64,000 nucleotides of DNA from Sphingomonas sp. (lineage in GTDB: Bacteria; Pseudomonadota; Alphaproteobacteria; Sphingomonadales; Sphingomonadaceae): positions 35,152 to 99,151 of the forward strand of contig NZ_DASTMA010000009.1 in the NCBI RefSeq assembly GCF_035714405.1, written 5' to 3'. The first letter of the stretch is position 1. Each line of letters begins with the position of its first letter. Positions 27,294 to 37,848 of this stretch are shown here, one piece after another. Both the position numbers and the translations under genes were made by a program. The notes beneath the pieces are model-generated. The model worked only from the letters and a program-made list of their open reading frames with translations, did no database searches and was not told where the DNA came from.

Positions 27294-27332
27294 CGACGGC
27301 AGCCGGCCCGTGTGCGCGGGCCGGCCCCTGGC

Positions 27333-27908
27333 TTAGATCAAGCCCATCGCCATGCGGCGCCGTGCCTGCCAGCGCAGCTCCAGCCAGATCCACGCGCCCA
27401 CCGCCATCGGCGCGAGCAGGCCCCAGCAATATCGCCAGTATGCGGGCCACCAACTTCCCCAAAAGCGGCTCCCGGTCTGCTTGATGAGCTCGGCCTCGCC
27501 AGTCTTGCCCAGCGCAACCGCGCGGTAATGTCCGGGCCGATCGAGATAGACGGTGTAGCCACCCTCCTTCACCGCGAACATCGGCAATCCCAGGAACGTC
27601 CACGACCGCACCCAATAGCCCAGGCGCAGCCGCGCCATGGCCTGCGGCCGATCACGTTCCAGCAGCACGGCGACATCCGGGCGCCAGTCGGTCTTGGGGA
27701 TGAACGCGCCATAGACCTGTGCGAAGGCCGCGAGCTGATCTTCATGCCGGTGTCGCGGCACCTCGGCGACAAAGGCGATGTGGGGCAGGCTCGCCAGCAC
27801 CGGCGGCCGGCGGGACAGCGCCAGACTGGCGACGATCAGCAGCCCGACGAAGATCAACAGCGCGAAATGGCCGACCTGGCGGGGCGGCTCACGCCTGTCG
27901 TCGCTCAA
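27333..27908 (-). CDS. Hypothetical membrane protein
   Basis: TTG start overlaps the upstream stop; N- and C-terminal hydrophobic helices. Confidence 0.55.
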   Translation of the reverse strand: MSDDRREPPRQVGHFALLIFVGLLIVASLALSRRPPVLASLPHIAFVAEVPRHRHEDQLAAFAQVYGAFIPKTDWRPDVAVLLERDRPQAMARLRLGYWVRSWTFLGLPMFAVKEGGYTVYLDRPGHYRAVALGKTGEAELIKQTGSRFWGSWWPAYWRYCWGLLAPMAVGAWIWLELRWQARRRMAMGLI

Positions 27909-28888
27909 CCATCCACCTCGAGCACGATCTTGCCGACATGCTCGCCCGCCTCCATCCGCGCGTGCGCCGCCGCCGCTTCGGCCAGCGGATAGGTGCGGTC
28001 GATCACGGGCTTCAACCGCCCTGCCTCGACATGAGGCCAGACGGTGCGGTGGAGCTCGTCGGCGACCAGCGACTTCCAGGCCGTGTCGCGCGGGCGCAGC
28101 GTCGATCCGGTCAGCGTCAGGCGGCGGCGCATGACCTCGAAGATCGGAATCGTCGCCATCGCGCCGCCCTGCACCGCGATCGAGACGTGGCGGCCGTCAT
28201 CGGCCAGGCATTGCAGGTTGCGCGGCACATAATCCCCGCCCACCATGTCGAGCACTGCCTGAACGCCCCGGCCACCGGTGATCTCTTTCACCTGCGCGAC
28301 GAAGTCCCCGGTGCGATAATTGATCGCATGACCCGCGCCCAGTCCAAGCGCGGCCGCGCACTTCTCCTCCGAACCGGCGGTAACGATGCTGGTGATGCCG
28401 AACAGGCCGCACAGCGCCACCGCCATGGTGCCGATGCCGCTGGTGCCGCCGTGGATCAGCACCGTGTCGCCTTCGGTCGCATAGGCGCGCTCGAACAGGT
28501 TGGTCCAGACGGTGAACAGCGTCTCCGGGATCGCCGCCGCCTCGACCATCGACAGCGCGGCCGGGACCGGCAGGCACTGGCCATGGGGCGCCACGGCATA
28601 TTCGGCATAGCCGCCGCCCGCCACCAGCGCGCAGACCGGCTGGCCCGCCAGCTCGTCGCCGACGTCGGCGCCCAGTGCCACGATCTCGCCCGCGACCTCC
28701 AGTCCAGGGATCGACGGCGCGCCCGGCGGCGGCGGATAGCCGCCCTTGCGCTGGAGGATGTCCGGCCGGTTGACCCCGGCGGCGGCGACCCGGATCAGCA
28801 CCTCGCCCGCGGCCGGCACCGGCACGCGCCGCTCCACGAGCTGTAGCACCTCAGGCCCGCCCGGCGTCGCCGGGTCGATCGCCTGCAT
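27905..28888 (-). CDS. NAD(P)H:quinone oxidoreductase (PIG3/zeta-crystallin type)
   Basis: AAGVNRPD, PGLEVAG, IHGGTSGIG, HVGKIVL; start may be GTG at 28909. Confidence 0.92.
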   Translation of the reverse strand: MQAIDPATPGGPEVLQLVERRVPVPAAGEVLIRVAAAGVNRPDILQRKGGYPPPPGAPSIPGLEVAGEIVALGADVGDELAGQPVCALVAGGGYAEYAVAPHGQCLPVPAALSMVEAAAIPETLFTVWTNLFERAYATEGDTVLIHGGTSGIGTMAVALCGLFGITSIVTAGSEEKCAAALGLGAGHAINYRTGDFVAQVKEITGGRGVQAVLDMVGGDYVPRNLQCLADDGRHVSIAVQGGAMATIPIFEVMRRRLTLTGSTLRPRDTAWKSLVADELHRTVWPHVEAGRLKPVIDRTYPLAEAAAAHARMEAGEHVGKIVLEVDG

Positions 28889-29005
28889 CGTTATGGGAAT
28901 ACTGCTCACAATCGACCCCCGTGTCGGCGCCAACATCCCCGTAAGAGGCACCAAGCTTCAATGGCGTTATTGACAGCCGCGCGGCCCCGGTCAACGTTGC
29001 ACCAT

Positions 29006-29200
29006 ATGGAGCCCGATGACGCTCTTCCCCGCCCGAGCGACCTGCTGAGCCAGCTCGTGCGCCAGGACCTCGACCCGCTCTCCGTGGCGGAGCTGGAGGC
29101 GCGGGTCGCGGCACTTGAGGGCGAGATCGCGCGCTGTCGTCAAAGGATAGAACGCGCCGTTAACCATAAGGCAAGCGCCGACGCGCTATTCAGGCAATAG
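29006..29200 (+). CDS. DUF1192 domain protein
   Basis: DLDPLSVAELEARVAALEGEIAR..ASADALF. Confidence 0.88.
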   Translation: MEPDDALPRPSDLLSQLVRQDLDPLSVAELEARVAALEGEIARCRQRIERAVNHKASADALFRQ

Positions 29201-29257
29201 GCGTTGTATGAACCGGTCCGGCCCGCTGAAATACGGAACCGGCACTGGCTTGCGGCG

Positions 29258-29286
29258 CTTGATGCCGCACCGCGCAATCCCGACAT
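29258..29286 (+). promoter_or_regulatory. Possible RpoH-type promoter of clpA
   Basis: CTTG-N17-CCCGACAT, 59 nt upstream of clpA; imperfect -10 element. Confidence 0.3.
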
Positions 29287-29345
29287 GGGGTGAGACGGAG
29301 CCGCGTCCCGCAAGTTTTCCTTGGGCGGCCCGACAGGAGTAACAC

Positions 29346-31676
29346 ATGCCCTCTTTCGCCCCCGCGCTCGAGACCTCGCTCCACAAGGCGCTCGAAGCCG
29401 CGTCCACGCGCCGCCACGAATATGCGACGCTGGAGCACCTGCTGCTCGCGTTGATCGACGACGAGCACGCGTCGAAGGTGATGACTGCCTGCAACGTTGA
29501 GTTGCCCGACCTCAAGACCACGGTCGCGCACTATCTCGACACCGAGCTCGACGCGCTCAAGGTCCAGACGCAGACCGATCCATCGCCGACCAGCGGCTTT
29601 CAGCGCGTCGTGCAGCGCGCGATCCTGCACGTCCAGTCGTCGGGCCGCGACGAGGTGACCGGCGCCAACGTGCTGGTCGCCTTGTTTTCGGAGCGCGAGA
29701 GCTATGCCGTCTATTTCCTGCAACAGCAGGACATGAGCCGCCTCGACGCGGTCAGCTTCATCTCGCACGGCGTCGGCAAGGGCGGCGCTGCCGAGGCCAG
29801 CAGCCCCAAGGGCGCTGCCGAGGAGGAGAAGCCGGCCAAGGGCAGCGGCAAGGATAAGGGCGAGAGCGCGCTGAAGCAGTTTTGCGTCGACCTCAATGAA
29901 AAGGCGAAGATCGGCAAGGTCGACCCGCTGATCGGCCGCATGGCCGAGGTCGACCGGACCATCCAGATCCTGTGCCGCCGGTCCAAGAACAACCCGCTCT
30001 ATGTGGGCGATCCCGGCGTCGGCAAGACCGCCATCGCCGAAGGGTTGGCGCGCAAGATCGTCGAGGGCGAGGTGCCCGACGTGCTCAAGCCCGCCGTCAT
30101 CTACTCGCTCGATATGGGCGCGCTGCTCGCCGGCACGCGGTATCGCGGTGATTTCGAGGAGCGGCTGAAGGCGGTGGTCAACGAGCTGGAAAAGCTGCCC
30201 GACGCGGTGCTCTTCATCGACGAGATCCACACCGTCATCGGCGCGGGTGCCACCAGCGGCGGTGCGATGGACGCGTCCAACCTGCTCAAACCCGCGTTGT
30301 CGGGCGGCAGCATCCGCTGCATCGGCTCGACCACCTACAAGGAGTTCCGCAACCATTTCGAGAAGGACCGCGCGCTGCTGCGGCGCTTCCAGAAGATCGA
30401 CGTCAACGAGCCGACCATCGAGGACACGATCAAGATCCTTGCCGGCCTGCGCTCGGCGTTCGAGGACCATCACTCGGTCAAGTACACACCGGACGCGATC
30501 AAGTCGGCGGTGGAGCTCAGCGCGCGCTACATCAACGATCGCAAGCTGCCCGACAAGGCGATCGACGTGATCGACGAGGTCGGCGCGATGCAGATGCTGG
30601 TGCCGCCCAACAAGCGCAAGAAGACGATCACGCCGCGTGAGATCGAGCAAGTCATCGCGACCATGGCCCGCATCCCGCCGAAGTCGGTCTCGACCGACGA
30701 CAAGAAGGCACTGGCGACGCTCGACACCGACCTGAAGCGCGTCGTGTTCGGCCAGAACGCGGCGATCGAGAAGCTCAGCTCCGCGATCAAGCTGGCGCGG
30801 GCGGGCCTGCGCGAGCCGGAGAAGCCGATCGGCAACTATCTGTTCACCGGCCCGACCGGCGTCGGCAAGACCGAGGTCGCCAAGCAGCTCGCGCAGATCA
30901 TGGGCATCCCGCTCCAGCGCTTCGACATGTCGGAATATATGGAGCGGCATTCGGTCAGCCGCCTGATCGGCGCGCCTCCGGGCTATGTCGGCTTCGATCA
31001 GGGTGGCCTGCTGACGGACGCGGTCGATCAGAACCCGCACTGCGTGCTCCTGCTCGATGAGATCGAGAAGGCGCATCCGGACCTGTTCAACATCCTGTTG
31101 CAGGTGATGGACAACGGCCGGCTTACCGACCAGCATGGCAAGACCGTCGACTTCCGCAATGTCATCCTCATCATGACGACTAATGCGGGCGCGTCCGACA
31201 TGGCGCGCGAGACGCTCGGCTTCGGCACTCTCACCCGCGAGGGCGAGGACGAGCAGGCGGTGCAGAAGATGTTCACGCCGGAGTTCCGCAACCGGCTCGA
31301 TGCGGTGGTGCCGTTCGGCTACCTGCCGCCGGAAGTGGTCGCGCGCGTCGTCGACAAGTTCGTGCTGCAGCTCGAGCTGCAGCTCGCCGACCGCAACGTC
31401 CACATCCAGTTGGACGACGAGTCGCGCAAGTGGCTGACCGACAAGGGCTATGACAAGCTGTACGGAGCGCGGCCGATGGGGCGCTTGATCCAGGAGAAGA
31501 TCAAGCAGCCGCTGGCGGAGGAACTGCTGTTCGGCAAGCTTGTCCACGGCGGCGAGGTGACCGTCAAGATGAAGGACGGCGCTTTGAGCTTCGCGATCGA
31601 ACCCGCCCCGCCCAAGAAGCCCAAGAAGAAGGGCGCGGTCGCCCGCACCGACACCGATCCGACGCCGGCGGACTGA
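29346..31676 (+). CDS. clpA: ATP-dependent Clp protease ATP-binding subunit ClpA
   Basis: HEYATLEHLL; two AAA+ modules (GDPGVGKT, GPTGVGKT); IGAPPGYVG; no ClpB coiled coil. Confidence 0.96.
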   Translation: MPSFAPALETSLHKALEAASTRRHEYATLEHLLLALIDDEHASKVMTACNVELPDLKTTVAHYLDTELDALKVQTQTDPSPTSGFQRVVQRAILHVQSSGRDEVTGANVLVALFSERESYAVYFLQQQDMSRLDAVSFISHGVGKGGAAEASSPKGAAEEEKPAKGSGKDKGESALKQFCVDLNEKAKIGKVDPLIGRMAEVDRTIQILCRRSKNNPLYVGDPGVGKTAIAEGLARKIVEGEVPDVLKPAVIYSLDMGALLAGTRYRGDFEERLKAVVNELEKLPDAVLFIDEIHTVIGAGATSGGAMDASNLLKPALSGGSIRCIGSTTYKEFRNHFEKDRALLRRFQKIDVNEPTIEDTIKILAGLRSAFEDHHSVKYTPDAIKSAVELSARYINDRKLPDKAIDVIDEVGAMQMLVPPNKRKKTITPREIEQVIATMARIPPKSVSTDDKKALATLDTDLKRVVFGQNAAIEKLSSAIKLARAGLREPEKPIGNYLFTGPTGVGKTEVAKQLAQIMGIPLQRFDMSEYMERHSVSRLIGAPPGYVGFDQGGLLTDAVDQNPHCVLLLDEIEKAHPDLFNILLQVMDNGRLTDQHGKTVDFRNVILIMTTNAGASDMARETLGFGTLTREGEDEQAVQKMFTPEFRNRLDAVVPFGYLPPEVVARVVDKFVLQLELQLADRNVHIQLDDESRKWLTDKGYDKLYGARPMGRLIQEKIKQPLAEELLFGKLVHGGEVTVKMKDGALSFAIEPAPPKKPKKKGAVARTDTDPTPAD

Positions 31677-31711
31677 ATCGCCGTATGACGATTGGGCGTA
31701 CCGGTCTCGAC

Positions 31712-31747
31712 AGCGGGGCACAGCGTTATGAGCCGCTGCGCCCCGCT
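31712..31747. terminator. Stem-loop downstream of clpA
   Basis: AGCGGGGCACAGCG / CGCTGCGCCCCGCT, 14-bp stem with one mismatch; no U tract. Confidence 0.4.
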
Positions 31748-31820
31748 ACGTCTCTAAGGCCGCCGATTGCGGGATGGCTTCACGTTCGCTATGATGACCG
31801 GTGGTTCGGGGGATAGGATC

Positions 31821-32018
31821 ATGAATCGGCGTCGACTGGGGTTTGTTGTTGCAGCGTTGGTGCTGGTCGCGGTCAGCGCCCGCCAGCCGACCGCCAATAT
31901 CCAGGTCCTGACCCATGATGCGACCGACGTCGATCCGCAGCGCGTCCAGGCTGCGGTCGACTTGGGGCTGATCGGCGTCAAGCTCCTCTATACCTGGACC
32001 TCACGCCAGCTGCGCTGA
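31821..32018 (+). CDS. Small hypothetical protein with signal-like N-terminus
   Basis: GATAGG RBS-like site; MNRRRLGFVVAALVLVAVSA. Confidence 0.55.
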   Translation: MNRRRLGFVVAALVLVAVSARQPTANIQVLTHDATDVDPQRVQAAVDLGLIGVKLLYTWTSRQLR

Positions 32019-32071
32019 GCGGGTGGCCGCCGATCCTTGCCTCGCCCGCGCCCCTGTCGCATAGCTGGGGC

Positions 32072-32311
32072 ATGGATACCCCCGTCGAGGACCTCTCCTT
32101 CGAGGACGCACTGAAGGAGCTGGAAAGCATCGTCCATCGATTGGAGACCGGCGAGGCCACACTGGATGGTTCGATCCAGCTGTACGAACGCGGCGACAAG
32201 CTCCGCCAACGCTGCGCCGAGCGGCTCGATCAGGCCCAGGCCAAGATCGAGGCCATAAGGCTGGACGCGGAGGGCAGACCCACGGGCACACGCCCCTTCG
32301 CTCCCGCCTGA
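32072..32311 (+). CDS. xseB: Exodeoxyribonuclease VII small subunit
   Basis: LSFEDALKELESIVHRLETGEATLDGSIQLYERG. Confidence 0.95.
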   Translation: MDTPVEDLSFEDALKELESIVHRLETGEATLDGSIQLYERGDKLRQRCAERLDQAQAKIEAIRLDAEGRPTGTRPFAPA

Positions 32312-32312
32312 C

Positions 32313-33215
32313 TTGGCCGCCGCGGTGCCTCTCCCCCTGCCCCGTGCGATGGCGGACGTCGCGGCGGCGATCGATCGCCGCTTCGACCTGCTGCTGCCGG
32401 TGCCCGACGATGGCCGCGCCGAGCTTTACAGCTGCATGCGCCACGCCGCGATCGGCGGCGGCAAGCGGCTGCGGCCGCTGCTGGTCTGTGCCACCGCCGA
32501 GCTGTTGGCGGTCGATCGCGACGCGGCCGAGCGCGTGGCGGCGGCGGTCGAGGCGATCCACGTCTATTCGCTGATCCACGACGATCTGCCGGCGATGGAC
32601 GACGACGACCTGCGCCACGGCAAGCCGACCGCGCACAAGGCGTTCGGCGAGGCGACCGCGATCCTGGCGGGCGACTGCCTCCACGCGCTCGCCTTCGAAT
32701 GGCTGGCCGACCCCGACACGCATCCGGATCCCTTCGTCCGCGCCGAACTGGTGCTGGAGCTCGCCCGCGCCTCCGGCCCCACCGGCATGGCGGGCGGCCA
32801 GGCGCTGGACCTCGCCGCCGGGCGGACACCGTTCGACCTTTCGGGCGTGACCCGGCTGCAGCAGATGAAGACCGGCGCGCTGATCGCAGCGTCGGTGGAG
32901 CTCGGCGCCATTCTCGGCCGTGTCGCGCCCGAGGGCCGCACGGGTTTGCGCGGCTATGCGCACGATCTCGGCCTCGCCTTTCAGATCGCCGACGACCTGC
33001 TCGACGCCGAGGGCGATGAAACGGCGGCGGGCAAGCGGCTCCGCAAGGATGCGCAGGCCGGCAAGGCGACCTTCCTGTCGCTGCTCGGGCCGGAGCGCGC
33101 ACGCGAACAGTGCCGCATGCTGACCGAACAGGCGGTGCAACACCTGCACAGCTTCGGCGCGGAAGCCGACCTGTTGCGCGCGCTCGCCCGCTTCGTCGTG
33201 GAGCGGGATCGGTGA
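32313..33215 (+). CDS. ispA: Farnesyl/geranyl diphosphate synthase
   Basis: GGKRLRP, SLIHDDLPAMDDDDLR, FQIADDLLD, GKATF. Confidence 0.93.
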   Translation: MAAAVPLPLPRAMADVAAAIDRRFDLLLPVPDDGRAELYSCMRHAAIGGGKRLRPLLVCATAELLAVDRDAAERVAAAVEAIHVYSLIHDDLPAMDDDDLRHGKPTAHKAFGEATAILAGDCLHALAFEWLADPDTHPDPFVRAELVLELARASGPTGMAGGQALDLAAGRTPFDLSGVTRLQQMKTGALIAASVELGAILGRVAPEGRTGLRGYAHDLGLAFQIADDLLDAEGDETAAGKRLRKDAQAGKATFLSLLGPERAREQCRMLTEQAVQHLHSFGAEADLLRALARFVVERDR

Positions 33216-33226
33216 GGGCCAGATAG

Positions 33227-33730
33227 ATGAGAATCGGCGTTTATCCTGGCACGTTCGATCCCATCACGCTCGGCCATCTGTCCATCATCCGGCGCGGCGC
33301 GAAGCTGGTCGACCGGCTGGTGATCGGCGTCACCACCAACCCGTCCAAGTCACCCATGTTCACCGTCGAAGAGCGGCTCGCCGCCGTTCGCCGCGAGGTG
33401 GCGGGGCTGCCGGGGAACATAGATGTCGTCTCGTTCAATTCGCTGCTGATGGACTTCGCCGACCGCGAAGGCGCGTCGATCATCGTCCGCGGCCTGCGCG
33501 CGGTCGCCGACTTCGAATATGAATATCAGATGGCGGGCATGAACCAGCAGCTCAACGACCGGGTCGAGACGGTGTTCCTGATGGCCGATGCCGCTCTGCA
33601 GCCGATCGCGTCCAAGCTGGTCAAGGAGATCGCCCTGTTCGGCGGCGCGATCGACCGCTTCGTCACCCCGGCCGTGCGCGACGAGGTGCTCGCCCGCGTC
33701 GCGACGCTGGGCCGCAAGGGTGACAAATAG
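33227..33730 (+). CDS. coaD: Phosphopantetheine adenylyltransferase
   Basis: YPGTFDPITLGH, RGLRAVADFEYE, SKLVKEIA. Confidence 0.97.
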   Translation: MRIGVYPGTFDPITLGHLSIIRRGAKLVDRLVIGVTTNPSKSPMFTVEERLAAVRREVAGLPGNIDVVSFNSLLMDFADREGASIIVRGLRAVADFEYEYQMAGMNQQLNDRVETVFLMADAALQPIASKLVKEIALFGGAIDRFVTPAVRDEVLARVATLGRKGDK

Positions 33731-33807
33731 CGTCAGCTCCTCCGTTCACCTTGGCGCAAGCGCGCGTTCGCTCTAGGGGTCGGCGGTTCATCACAGGTAT
33801 TCTGCCC

Positions 33808-34533
33808 ATGCGCTTTCTCGCCGGTCTGTTTGCGCTTCTCGCCGCCTTTTTCCCTGGTGCCGCCCCGGCGCAGGTCGTCGACGGTGCGGTGCCCGGCCGC
33901 GCGGCGGCCGCGTCGGTCACCGATCCCGAGAACATCCTGGTGCTGGACCTGTCGACCGGCGGCCGGGTCAGGATCTGGCTGCGGCCTGATGTCGCACCCA
34001 AGATGGTCGAGCGGGTCAAGACGCTGGCGCGCCAGCGCTTCTATGACGGGCTCGCCTTTCACCGCGTGATCGACGGCTTCATGGCGCAGGGCGGCGACCC
34101 CAAGGGCGATGGCACCGGCGGCTCGCCGCTGCCCGACCTGCCGGCCGAGTTCAACTACCTGCCCCATGTCCGCGGTGCGGTGTCGGCGGCGCGGGCCGAG
34201 GCGGAGAACAGCGCCAACTCGCAGTTCTTCATCGTTTTCCAGCCGCGCTTCGCACTCGACAAGAAGTACACGGTGTTCGGCCGGGTGATCGACGGCATGC
34301 AATATGTCGATGCGATCGAGCGCGGCGAGCCGCCTGCCAGCCCGAGCCGCATCCTGCGCGCCTATGTGCTGGCGGACAACCCCCCGCCCTATGTGGCCCA
34401 GCCCAGCCTGCCGCTGCCGGCGCCTGCCTCGACGCTGCTGCCGCTGCCGACCGGCCCGGCTGCGGCGACCCCGAAATCCGCGCCGAGCCCCAAGCCGGTA
34501 CGCCGTGCCGCACGCAAGGCGACCCGACGGTAA
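33808..34533 (+). CDS. Cyclophilin-type peptidyl-prolyl isomerase with signal peptide
   Basis: FYDGLAFHRVIDGFMAQGGDP, SANSQFFI, YTVFGRVIDGM. Confidence 0.93.
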   Translation: MRFLAGLFALLAAFFPGAAPAQVVDGAVPGRAAAASVTDPENILVLDLSTGGRVRIWLRPDVAPKMVERVKTLARQRFYDGLAFHRVIDGFMAQGGDPKGDGTGGSPLPDLPAEFNYLPHVRGAVSAARAEAENSANSQFFIVFQPRFALDKKYTVFGRVIDGMQYVDAIERGEPPASPSRILRAYVLADNPPPYVAQPSLPLPAPASTLLPLPTGPAAATPKSAPSPKPVRRAARKATRR

Positions 34534-34564
34534 ACGATCGCGCTGATCCCGTGGCGCTCGCGTC

Positions 34565-35599
34565 ATGAAGGTCGATCTGTTCGATTTCGACTTGCCGCCC
34601 GAGCGGATCGCGCTGCGTCCGGCGAGCCCGCGCGATGCCGCGCGCCTGCTGGTGCTGGACGGCGCCACGACCCGCGATCGACATGTCCGCGATCTTGCCG
34701 ACACGCTGCGGCCGGGCGACCTGCTGGTGTTCAACGACACCCGTGTCATTCCCGCGCAGTTGGATGGCCGACGCGGCGAGGCGAAGGTCGGCGCCACGCT
34801 ACACCTTCGCGAAGGCCCGCGCCGCTGGCGCGCCTTTGTCCGCAACGGGCGCCGGCTGCGCGATGGCGACACGATCGACTTCGGTCAGGACGTGGCCGCC
34901 GTCGCGAGCGAACGGGGGGAAGATGGCAGCTGGGCCTTGACCTTCACCGGCCACGAGCGGGTCGAGCTATTGCTCGAGCGCGCCGGGCGAATGCCGCTGC
35001 CGCCCTATATCGCCGCGCGCCGGGCTGCCGACGCGCGCGACCTCGCGGACTATCAGACCATATTCGCAAGCGAGCCCGGCGCGGTCGCCGCCCCGACGGC
35101 GGCGCTGCACTTCACGCCCGAGCTGATGGCGGCGCTGTCGGGCGCGGGCATAGAGCACGAGACGCTGACGCTCCATGTCGGCGCCGGGACGTTCCTACCG
35201 GTCAAGGCGGAGGACACCGACGCGCACCGGATGCATGCCGAATGGGGCCGGCTCGACATCGCCACCGCGGAGCGCCTCAATGCCGTCCGCGCGGCGGGCG
35301 GACGGGTGATCGCGGTGGGCACGACGTCGCTTCGGTTGATCGAGAGCGCCACCGGCGAGGACGGCGTGGTCCGCCCGTGGGAGGGCAACACAGCCATCTT
35401 CATCACGCCCGGCTACCGCTTTCGCGGCATCGACGGACTGCTCACCAACTTCCATCTGCCGCGCTCGACGCTGTTCATGCTGGTCTCGGCGCTGATGGGC
35501 CTCGATCGGATGCAGGCGGCGTATGCGCATGCGGTGGAGAACGGCTACCGCTTCTATTCGTATGGCGACGCGTCGCTGCTGCTGCCGGAGACCGCATGA
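34565..35599 (+). CDS. queA: S-adenosylmethionine:tRNA ribosyltransferase-isomerase
   Basis: [58 protein letters not shown]. Confidence 0.97.
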   Translation: MKVDLFDFDLPPERIALRPASPRDAARLLVLDGATTRDRHVRDLADTLRPGDLLVFNDTRVIPAQLDGRRGEAKVGATLHLREGPRRWRAFVRNGRRLRDGDTIDFGQDVAAVASERGEDGSWALTFTGHERVELLLERAGRMPLPPYIAARRAADARDLADYQTIFASEPGAVAAPTAALHFTPELMAALSGAGIEHETLTLHVGAGTFLPVKAEDTDAHRMHAEWGRLDIATAERLNAVRAAGGRVIAVGTTSLRLIESATGEDGVVRPWEGNTAIFITPGYRFRGIDGLLTNFHLPRSTLFMLVSALMGLDRMQAAYAHAVENGYRFYSYGDASLLLPETA

Positions 35600-36123
35600 T
35601 CCTCCTTTTGCTCGCGCTCGTCGGCGTCCAGGCCGATCCGGCCGAGGTCCGCGTCCTTGGGCCCGGCAAGGCCAATGCACAGACCCCCGCGACGTTGATG
35701 ATCGAGCCCGCCGGCATGTTCGTCGCCACCTGCGATGCCGACGGTGACGGGCGCACCGGCCGCACGGAGCTGGACGGCTGCATCGCACGGAGCTTCGTCG
35801 TGATCGATCGGCCCGGCACAGGCAGCCTGGGCTATCTGGCCTATGCCGACTGGCAGTCGCGTTGGCTGGGCGATCAGGCCGCCCTGCCCAGCCCTTACGA
35901 GGTCGACCGCGACGGCGATGGCCGCGTCGCGCTCGCCGAGCTCCAGGCTCAGTTCTCACGACTGTTCTCGCGCTACGACCGGGACGGCGATGGCCAGGTG
36001 ACGCGGGCGGAGGTGCTGACGTTCCGCGCCGCGCCGCTGGGTGGCCGACCCGTCCGGCGCGGACCGCCACCGGGCACGCAGCGGGTACCCGGCGGCAGCC
36101 CGGATCCGGCGCCGCAGCCGTGA
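35596..36123 (+). CDS. Exported EF-hand domain protein
   Basis: Signal peptide; [36 protein letters not shown] loops; overlaps queA and tgt. Confidence 0.8.
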   Translation: MILLLLALVGVQADPAEVRVLGPGKANAQTPATLMIEPAGMFVATCDADGDGRTGRTELDGCIARSFVVIDRPGTGSLGYLAYADWQSRWLGDQAALPSPYEVDRDGDGRVALAELQAQFSRLFSRYDRDGDGQVTRAEVLTFRAAPLGGRPVRRGPPPGTQRVPGGSPDPAPQP

Positions 36124-37256
36124 CGCGCTTCAGCTTCACCATCAAAGCGGCCGACGGTCGCGCCCGCACCGGTGAGATCGCGATGCGGCGGGGCGTGATC
36201 CGAACGCCGGCGTTCATGCCGGTCGGCACCGCCGCCACGGTCAAGGCGATGAAGCCCGTCGATGTCGCGGCGGCGGGCGCGGACATCATCCTGGGCAACA
36301 CCTATCACCTGATGCTGCGACCTGGTGCCGAGCGGGTGGCGCGGCTGGGCGGGCTGCACAGGCTGATGGGCTGGTCGCGGCCGATCCTCACCGACTCCGG
36401 CGGCTATCAGGTGATGAGCCTCGCCGACCTCACCAAGCGGTCGGAGGACGGCGTTTCGTTCAAGTCGCATCTCGACGGGACGCGCCACTTGCTCAGCCCC
36501 GAGCGATCGATGGAGATCCAGCGGCTGCTCGGGTCCGATATCGTCATGGCGTTCGACGAGCTGGTACCCACGACCTCGACGCCGGAGGTGCAGGCGGCGG
36601 CAATGGCTCGGTCGATGCGCTGGGCGCGGCGGTCGCGCGATGCGTTCGACGCCGGCGGCGTCCATGCGGAGGGTGCGGCGCTGTTCGGCATCCAGCAGGG
36701 CGCGCTCGACGAAGGGCTCCGTGCCGCCAGCGCCGCCGCCCTGACTGCGATCGGCTTTGACGGCTATGCGATCGGGGGGCTTGCGGTCGGCGAGGGTCAG
36801 GCGGCGATGTTCGCCTGTCTCGACTTCGCGCCGGGACAGCTGCCGGCCGACAAGCCGCGATATCTGATGGGCGTAGGCAAGCCGACCGACATCGTCGGGG
36901 CGGTGGAGCGCGGGATCGACATGTTCGACTGCGTGCTGCCGACGCGATCGGGGCGGACGGGACAGGCGTTTACGCTGGACGGGCCGATCAACATCCGCAA
37001 CGCGCGCTTCGCCGAGGATCTGGGCTCGCTCGACGCCGACTGTGCCTGCCCGGTGTGCACGACCTGGAGCCGGGCCTACCTGCATCATCTGGTACGCGCG
37101 GGCGAAATCCTGGGGGCGATGCTGATGACCGAGCATAACATCTGGTTCTACCAGACGCTGATGGCCGAGCTGCGCGCGGCGATCGCGGAGACGCGGCTCA
37201 CCGCCTTCGCAAACGCGTTCCGGGCGCGCTATGCTGGCGAAAAGGGAGAAGCCTGA
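36120..37256 (+). CDS. tgt: tRNA-guanine transglycosylase
   Basis: [41 protein letters not shown]. Confidence 0.97.
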   Translation: MTRFSFTIKAADGRARTGEIAMRRGVIRTPAFMPVGTAATVKAMKPVDVAAAGADIILGNTYHLMLRPGAERVARLGGLHRLMGWSRPILTDSGGYQVMSLADLTKRSEDGVSFKSHLDGTRHLLSPERSMEIQRLLGSDIVMAFDELVPTTSTPEVQAAAMARSMRWARRSRDAFDAGGVHAEGAALFGIQQGALDEGLRAASAAALTAIGFDGYAIGGLAVGEGQAAMFACLDFAPGQLPADKPRYLMGVGKPTDIVGAVERGIDMFDCVLPTRSGRTGQAFTLDGPINIRNARFAEDLGSLDADCACPVCTTWSRAYLHHLVRAGEILGAMLMTEHNIWFYQTLMAELRAAIAETRLTAFANAFRARYAGEKGEA

Positions 37257-37451
37257 GTGACCGAGCAGACCGACGACGCGCCGAACGAGATCCTTGCCGC
37301 GGTGAAGGCCCATGCCCGCGTCGCCGAACAGGCGGTGGTGGAAAAGACCAAGAGCTGGAAGGTCGGGCGGATCGGCCTGGCGGCGGGGATTGGCTCGGCG
37401 GCCGTGGCGGCGGCGGTGCTGTTCTCGCGGCGCCGCGAGGGCAAGGACTGA
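37257..37451 (+). CDS. Small hypothetical protein with C-terminal membrane anchor
   Basis: Starts directly after the tgt stop; GIGSAAVAAAVLF followed by a basic tail. Confidence 0.6.
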   Translation: MTEQTDDAPNEILAAVKAHARVAEQAVVEKTKSWKVGRIGLAAGIGSAAVAAAVLFSRRREGKD

Positions 37452-37848
37452 AGGCATGCGCTTAGCAGCCCCGCGCGCAGGCTTGCTGCTGGCAAGATGA
37501 GCCCGAGACTATCCGGCGCGTCCGCAAGCGTGGAAGGGCTGTCCTACAGGCCTGTGAGCGTGGCAGGGAATGTCGCCATGGCAGCACTTTCTTTCCTGCA
37601 GCACGATTGCCGCGTCACGCAGCCGGCGCATCTCTGCCGCTCTGGATCGCATCGGCGACGCGCTGGTGGTGCACGGGTGGCGCGTCCCTGCCGCGTTTCT
37701 GCTGCTCCCGCGTCGTTGTGCGACGCAAAGCAGATGCGATCGGGCAAACCCGTCGGGGGCACTCAACATTCTCAACATTCGCGGTTCGCGCACGGCGTGC
37801 GGATGCGGGCAGGGATGACATGCCGATGCGGAGCCGTAGAGTAACGCC

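Noticed and set aside
29190-31721. 843-aa antisense ORF over clpA, and other long shadow ORFs (24770-26920, 48351-50618, 37972-39537, 58909-60495, 60362-62530)
   Set aside because: They lie opposite to or out of frame with clear genes, have no motifs, and are expected from GC-rich codon bias.
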